Of a stretch of 64,000 bases of DNA, positions 60,160 to 64,000 are shown in pieces. Source of the stretch: an uncultured Planctomycetaceae bacterium (GTDB lineage Bacteria; Planctomycetota; Planctomycetia; Planctomycetales; Planctomycetaceae). A program made the position numbers and the translations under genes. The DNA lies in the NCBI GenBank assembly GCA_963815195.1, contig CAWFGE010000013.1:1088001-1152000 (forward strand), written 5' to 3'. Below the pieces are notes generated by a model. It was given only the letters and a program-made list of their open reading frames with translations. It did not search any database and was not told the DNA's origin. Within the stretch, counting starts at the first letter, position 1. Each line of letters begins with the position of its first letter.

Positions 60160-61341
60160 ATGACAAAGCTGCGTTGTTTTCTGCTGCTGGTGTCCGTCTT
60201 GTTGATTCCACCAGTTCCAACGGAGGCCCAAAAGCCGGAGCCCAAGGCTTCGAAGGAAACACAACAAACATCGGAAAAGATCGACTTCGACCGCGCCCGC
60301 GGGCTCTTGCGCAAAAAGCGAGACGGCGGAAAACTGACGGAGGCGGAAGAGGCCTACCTCAAGCGGGCCCAGGAAGAACGCCGCCGAAAGGGGGGTGGCA
60401 ATCCCGGTCGGGGCGGCGACCCGCGCACGCTGCCGGCGGGTGAAAAGACCGGGCTGAAACCGCTCACGGAAATGTCCGCCGAGGATCGCTACCTGGGCGA
60501 GGACGGGGGGTTGTATGGCGGAGGACGGAACGAGCCGCCCAAAGAACATCGCCAGGCGGCCGAGCGGGAGTTGGCGAAGATTCAGCCGCTGGATGCCGCG
60601 GGCGAACCCGCGGCGGGCGGCCGAATTGTGCTGGTTTCGATCAGCATGTCGAACGCCACACAGGAGTTCTCTCGGTTCAAGCAAATCGCCGATGCCGACC
60701 CGCAAAAGTCACCGAAGTTGACGATCGTGGACTGTGCGCAAGGCGGGCAGGCGATGGCGGAGTGGGTCGATCCCAATGCCCGCCCTTGGGCCGAGGCCGA
60801 GCGGCGGCTGGAACGCGCGGGCGTCACGCCGGCTCAGGTACAGGTCGCCTGGGTCAAACTCGCCAACAAAGGCCCGCGCGGCGACCTCGAAACTCACGGC
60901 CGTAAGTTGCAGCGGGACACGCTGGCCGTCATCCAGAACGCCAAGGCCAAGTTCCCCAACCTGCGGATCGCGTATTTATCCGGCCGGATCTACGGTGGCT
61001 ATTCGAGAGGGCCGCTGAATCCCGAACCGTTCGCGTACGAGTCCGCGTTTCCCGTGCGGTGGTTGATCCAAGATCAGATCGCAGGCAATGCCAAGCGGAA
61101 TGACAACGCCGAGGGCGGCGCGAAAGCGGTCAAAGCGCCGCTGTTGTTGTGGGGGCCGTATTTGTGGGCCGACGGCGTGACGCCGCGGAAAAGCGACGGG
61201 CTCGTCTGGAAGCGGGAAGACCTGGGTCCCGACGGCACGCATCCGTCCCAATCCGGCCGCAATAAAGTCGCCGGGATGCTTCTCAAATTCTTCAAAGAAG
61301 ACCCGCTCGCCAAAAGCTGGTTCGTCGGGTCGGGGAAATGA
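60160..61341 (+). CDS. Secreted SGNH/GDSL-like hypothetical protein
   Basis: Signal peptide; SISMSN, DGTHPS. Confidence 0.7.
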   Translation: MTKLRCFLLLVSVLLIPPVPTEAQKPEPKASKETQQTSEKIDFDRARGLLRKKRDGGKLTEAEEAYLKRAQEERRRKGGGNPGRGGDPRTLPAGEKTGLKPLTEMSAEDRYLGEDGGLYGGGRNEPPKEHRQAAERELAKIQPLDAAGEPAAGGRIVLVSISMSNATQEFSRFKQIADADPQKSPKLTIVDCAQGGQAMAEWVDPNARPWAEAERRLERAGVTPAQVQVAWVKLANKGPRGDLETHGRKLQRDTLAVIQNAKAKFPNLRIAYLSGRIYGGYSRGPLNPEPFAYESAFPVRWLIQDQIAGNAKRNDNAEGGAKAVKAPLLLWGPYLWADGVTPRKSDGLVWKREDLGPDGTHPSQSGRNKVAGMLLKFFKEDPLAKSWFVGSGK

Positions 61342-62049
61342 TTATTTCCGCCGCAGGACGAGATACCACATCGGCGAGAGGCCCCGCATCACCGCCAGGC
61401 GGGAGACGACTTCCAGGCCGGCCCGGTCCGCCTCTTCTTGAATCGAGCGGAGGGGGATGGGGATCCGGTCCGTGGGCGTGGTGCCGCGCCACATGTGTTT
61501 GAGCCGGAATTTCACCGCATCGACGGCGAAGGAGTTGAAGAACGAAACGATCGCCGCGCCCCGGCAAATCCGCCGCAGTTCGCAAAAGGCCGCGAACCGG
61601 GTTTCGGGTTCGTTGAAGTGATGGAACAGCCGGTTGCAGATCACGCCGTCGAACTGCCCATCGTCGTAGCTTGTCGCGAGGACTTGCTCGACGTGGAACT
61701 GCACCGGGACCGATGCGGGCGTTGCGCCTTCCGATTGATCGTTCCAACGGCGCTCCGCCAAGGCGAGCATGTGCGGCGAAGCGTCGGCGGCGGTCACTTG
61801 AAACCCCGCACCGACGAGAAGGGAGGTCAAACGCCCCGTCCCGCAAGGCAGGTCCAGCAGCGTGCCGCCGGGCTTCACAAACCTGAGCGACTTTTGAATG
61901 CAGCGGACTTCCCGCCGTTCCCGGAAGGAGTTCCCGTAAGCCGGCGGATAATCGCTGGCGACGTCTGCCTGGTCGAAGCGGGCGATGGTGCGTTCATAGG
62001 AAGCCCCCGGTTCGAGGGTTGGATCTTCCGCGGTGTGCAGTTTGGTCAC
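61342..62049 (-). CDS. Class I SAM-dependent methyltransferase
   Basis: LLDLPCGTGR, ADASPHML, FDGVICNRLFHH. Confidence 0.88.
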   Translation of the reverse strand: MTKLHTAEDPTLEPGASYERTIARFDQADVASDYPPAYGNSFRERREVRCIQKSLRFVKPGGTLLDLPCGTGRLTSLLVGAGFQVTAADASPHMLALAERRWNDQSEGATPASVPVQFHVEQVLATSYDDGQFDGVICNRLFHHFNEPETRFAAFCELRRICRGAAIVSFFNSFAVDAVKFRLKHMWRGTTPTDRIPIPLRSIQEEADRAGLEVVSRLAVMRGLSPMWYLVLRRK

Positions 62050-62070
62050 ATTGAACTCCGTTTCAAAAGA

Positions 62071-63213
62071 TTAAGGCGAGCCGGTTTGTTTCTGCGGCCG
62101 GCTCTTGTGTTGGGCCTCGTCTTCCAGGACTTCGTGGGCCTGGAAGCGGCGGTCGTAAACATCGTAATCGCGGGCATTCACGCCCACCGAATGAAGGACC
62201 TGCGCGGTCCAGGTCGGCCAAGGCGACCAGCGGGCGCGGGGGGATTTGGTGAGGTCGATCGGCGTCCAGACGAACCACGCCAATCCCACCGCCAGGACGA
62301 TCTCCGCGAGGAGGACCGGCCAACCGGAATCCGAAGAGGCTTGCGACAGGCCGTTTCGCGCCATCGTCACCAGCCGCGTGGCCCGGCGGGCGATCATGTG
62401 CTGTCCGCGGCCGAACGCGAGTTCGACGGATTGCGAATCCGCCTCTTCCTCGGCCCGTTCCACAATTTTTAAGAGGGACCGCAAATAATGGGCGATGTCG
62501 CTTTTGGAGGTCACTGCGGCTTCGTCGCAGGCCAGTTCCCGGCTGAGTGCCGACCGCCCCGACGACCACCACACGAGCGGATGAAACCAAAACAGCATTT
62601 CCACCAGCCGCTGCACGAACAGCGTCAGCGGATGCCCCGTCCGCAGGTGCTCCGATTCGTGCCGAACGATCAGGCGGATTTCTTCCGGTTCGAACTCCGT
62701 CAAGAACTCCGGCAGCACGATCAACGGCCGATGCACCTGCCAGCAAAAGGGGCTGCTCAGCCGGCGGCTCGTCAGGAATTCCACGTCCGGCAGCGCGTCC
62801 CGGCCATTCGCCGATTCCCCGCGGAGAATCGTCAACAACTCCGGATCCTGAACCGGCCGGCAGGACTTGAGAAAGCTATGCACCCGCCACCAATGGATGA
62901 GGAACAACATCAGCGAACACACGGCCCCCGCGGCCCAGACCACGAACAGCACAAGACCCAGCCGATCTTGCCAAAGCGTGATTTCGAGGTTCAGGGACGA
63001 ATCCACCGTCAACCACGCATGCAGCGGCCGAAAGCGGGGCAGCAAAACGGCCCGGAGCGCGAGGGCCAGGATCAGGAAATGGCAGCCGGCCCAGACGCGG
63101 CTCTTGACGGCTTCGCGGTTCACGAACCGGGCCAGGCCGTGGGCCAAGATCACCAGGAGCGCCACCTGGATCGACAACGAAACGAAGATCTCCAGAAACT
63201 CCGGCCTGCTCAT
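62071..63213 (-). CDS. BlaR1/MecR1-type M56 metallopeptidase
   Basis: TMs; RHESEH (HExxH), FWFHPLVW, RELACD; ATGA overlap with the BlaI gene. Confidence 0.88.
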   Translation of the reverse strand: MSRPEFLEIFVSLSIQVALLVILAHGLARFVNREAVKSRVWAGCHFLILALALRAVLLPRFRPLHAWLTVDSSLNLEITLWQDRLGLVLFVVWAAGAVCSLMLFLIHWWRVHSFLKSCRPVQDPELLTILRGESANGRDALPDVEFLTSRRLSSPFCWQVHRPLIVLPEFLTEFEPEEIRLIVRHESEHLRTGHPLTLFVQRLVEMLFWFHPLVWWSSGRSALSRELACDEAAVTSKSDIAHYLRSLLKIVERAEEEADSQSVELAFGRGQHMIARRATRLVTMARNGLSQASSDSGWPVLLAEIVLAVGLAWFVWTPIDLTKSPRARWSPWPTWTAQVLHSVGVNARDYDVYDRRFQAHEVLEDEAQHKSRPQKQTGSP

Positions 63214-63584
63214 TCGTCGGCCTCCAGTTCGTCGATGGCCTGCTTGAGTTCCTCGATGTCTTCTTTGGTGAGACGTTCCCCTTGGAGCAGGTTCAGCACC
63301 AGCGACTTCGCCGACCCGCCGAAGAGCCGCTCTTTGAGTTCCAGGGACATGCTTCGCGAGACGTCCTCGCGCGAGACGGTCGGTTCGTAGACGTAAGCCC
63401 GGCCGCGTTTTTCCGCCCGGACGACGCCTCGCTTCGATCGCAGAATGCGGAGGGTGGTCATTACGGTCGTGTAAGCCAGGGGGCGCTCGAGGCCGTCCAC
63501 CACGTCCTGGACCGTCGCCCGGCCGAGCTGCCAGACCACGTCCATGACCTCCATTTCGCATTTTGTCAGATGGTATTCCGTCAT
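63210..63584 (-). CDS. BlaI/MecI/CopY transcriptional repressor
   Basis: LTKCEMEVMDVVW..LAYTTVMT..RAYVY. Confidence 0.92.
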   Translation of the reverse strand: MTEYHLTKCEMEVMDVVWQLGRATVQDVVDGLERPLAYTTVMTTLRILRSKRGVVRAEKRGRAYVYEPTVSREDVSRSMSLELKERLFGGSAKSLVLNLLQGERLTKEDIEELKQAIDELEADE

Positions 63585-63634
63585 TGTGCAAGTTCTCTCA
63601 ATCCAAGCGTCTCGCCGGCAAAAGGAAACTCTTT

Positions 63635-63704
63635 CTGAGCGGCACGGCGCTAGCCGCCGGTTGGTGGAACACGGGAAACCGGCGGCTAGCGCCGTGCCGC
63701 TCAG
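63635..63704. repeat. REP-like palindrome (GCGCTAGCC family)
   Basis: CTGAGCGGCACGGCGCTAGCCGCCGG / CCGGCGGCTAGCGCCGTGCCGCTCAG. Confidence 0.85.
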
Positions 63705-63722
63705 TAATTGTTGGAACGATCC

Positions 63723-64000
63723 TTACCGGCTCTGCCGCCGAGCCAGCGTCTGGTACTCCAAGGAACCGATGGTTTCAGAGATCAGGCTGACGCGGCCGTC
63801 GCCCCACAGAAAATTCGCCCCGCCGGGATGCCGGCTGCTGAATTCGCACTCGTCGCACCAGCCGCAATTCGGACCGGTGAAAGCATTGCCCACGACTCGG
63901 CACAGGGCATCTTCGCCCCGGCGATCGACCCCCAGCCATGTGGACGGAACGCGGGCCATCGTGCGCTCGCCGACGAACAGGCTGTTGCTGAGCCCGCGGG
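63723..64000 (-). CDS. DUF1559 protein, C-terminal part (runs off window end)
   Basis: FVGER..FSSRHPGGANFLWGDGRV (H-X9-DG motif). Confidence 0.85.
   Translation of the reverse strand, partial: RGLSNSLFVGERTMARVPSTWLGVDRRGEDALCRVVGNAFTGPNCGWCDECEFSSRHPGGANFLWGDGRVSLISETIGSLEYQTLARRQSR

Overview
High-GC DNA that looks like Planctomycetota (three DUF1559 prepilin-type genes, two PSD1/planctomycete cytochrome c genes, DUF1501, DUF1570). The main feature is a ~15.3 kb integrated phage-satellite-like element (5535-20891) bounded by the 14-bp direct repeat CTCCGCATCCAGCG. It encodes AlpA, a replication initiator with internal iterons, a helicase-loader-like protein, a TerS-like HTH, an XRE repressor, an HNH nuclease, four tyrosine recombinase genes and a lone 1060-aa tail tape-measure protein. 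I recognise no capsid, portal, TerL or tail-tube gene. The main integrase ORF runs through the right att site. Joining the two ends (excision) fuses it in frame to an otherwise start-less 55-codon segment at the left end, so recombination would swap the integrase C-terminus. The element carries the 3' half of a tRNA-Leu but appears to sit at a non-tRNA site that mimics the anticodon stem-loop. The host part has lipid genes, WD40/LRR proteins, a cobalamin-riboswitch DUF1559 operon, a converging DUF2946-leader/DUF1559 pair, a folM-folB-folK cluster, cytochrome c/DUF1501 pairs, BlaI/M56, REP- and MITE-like repeats and a 3x260-bp tandem repeat. Several single frameshifts in otherwise intact genes suggest indel sequencing errors. 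All family calls come from motif recognition by eye; no database searches were run.
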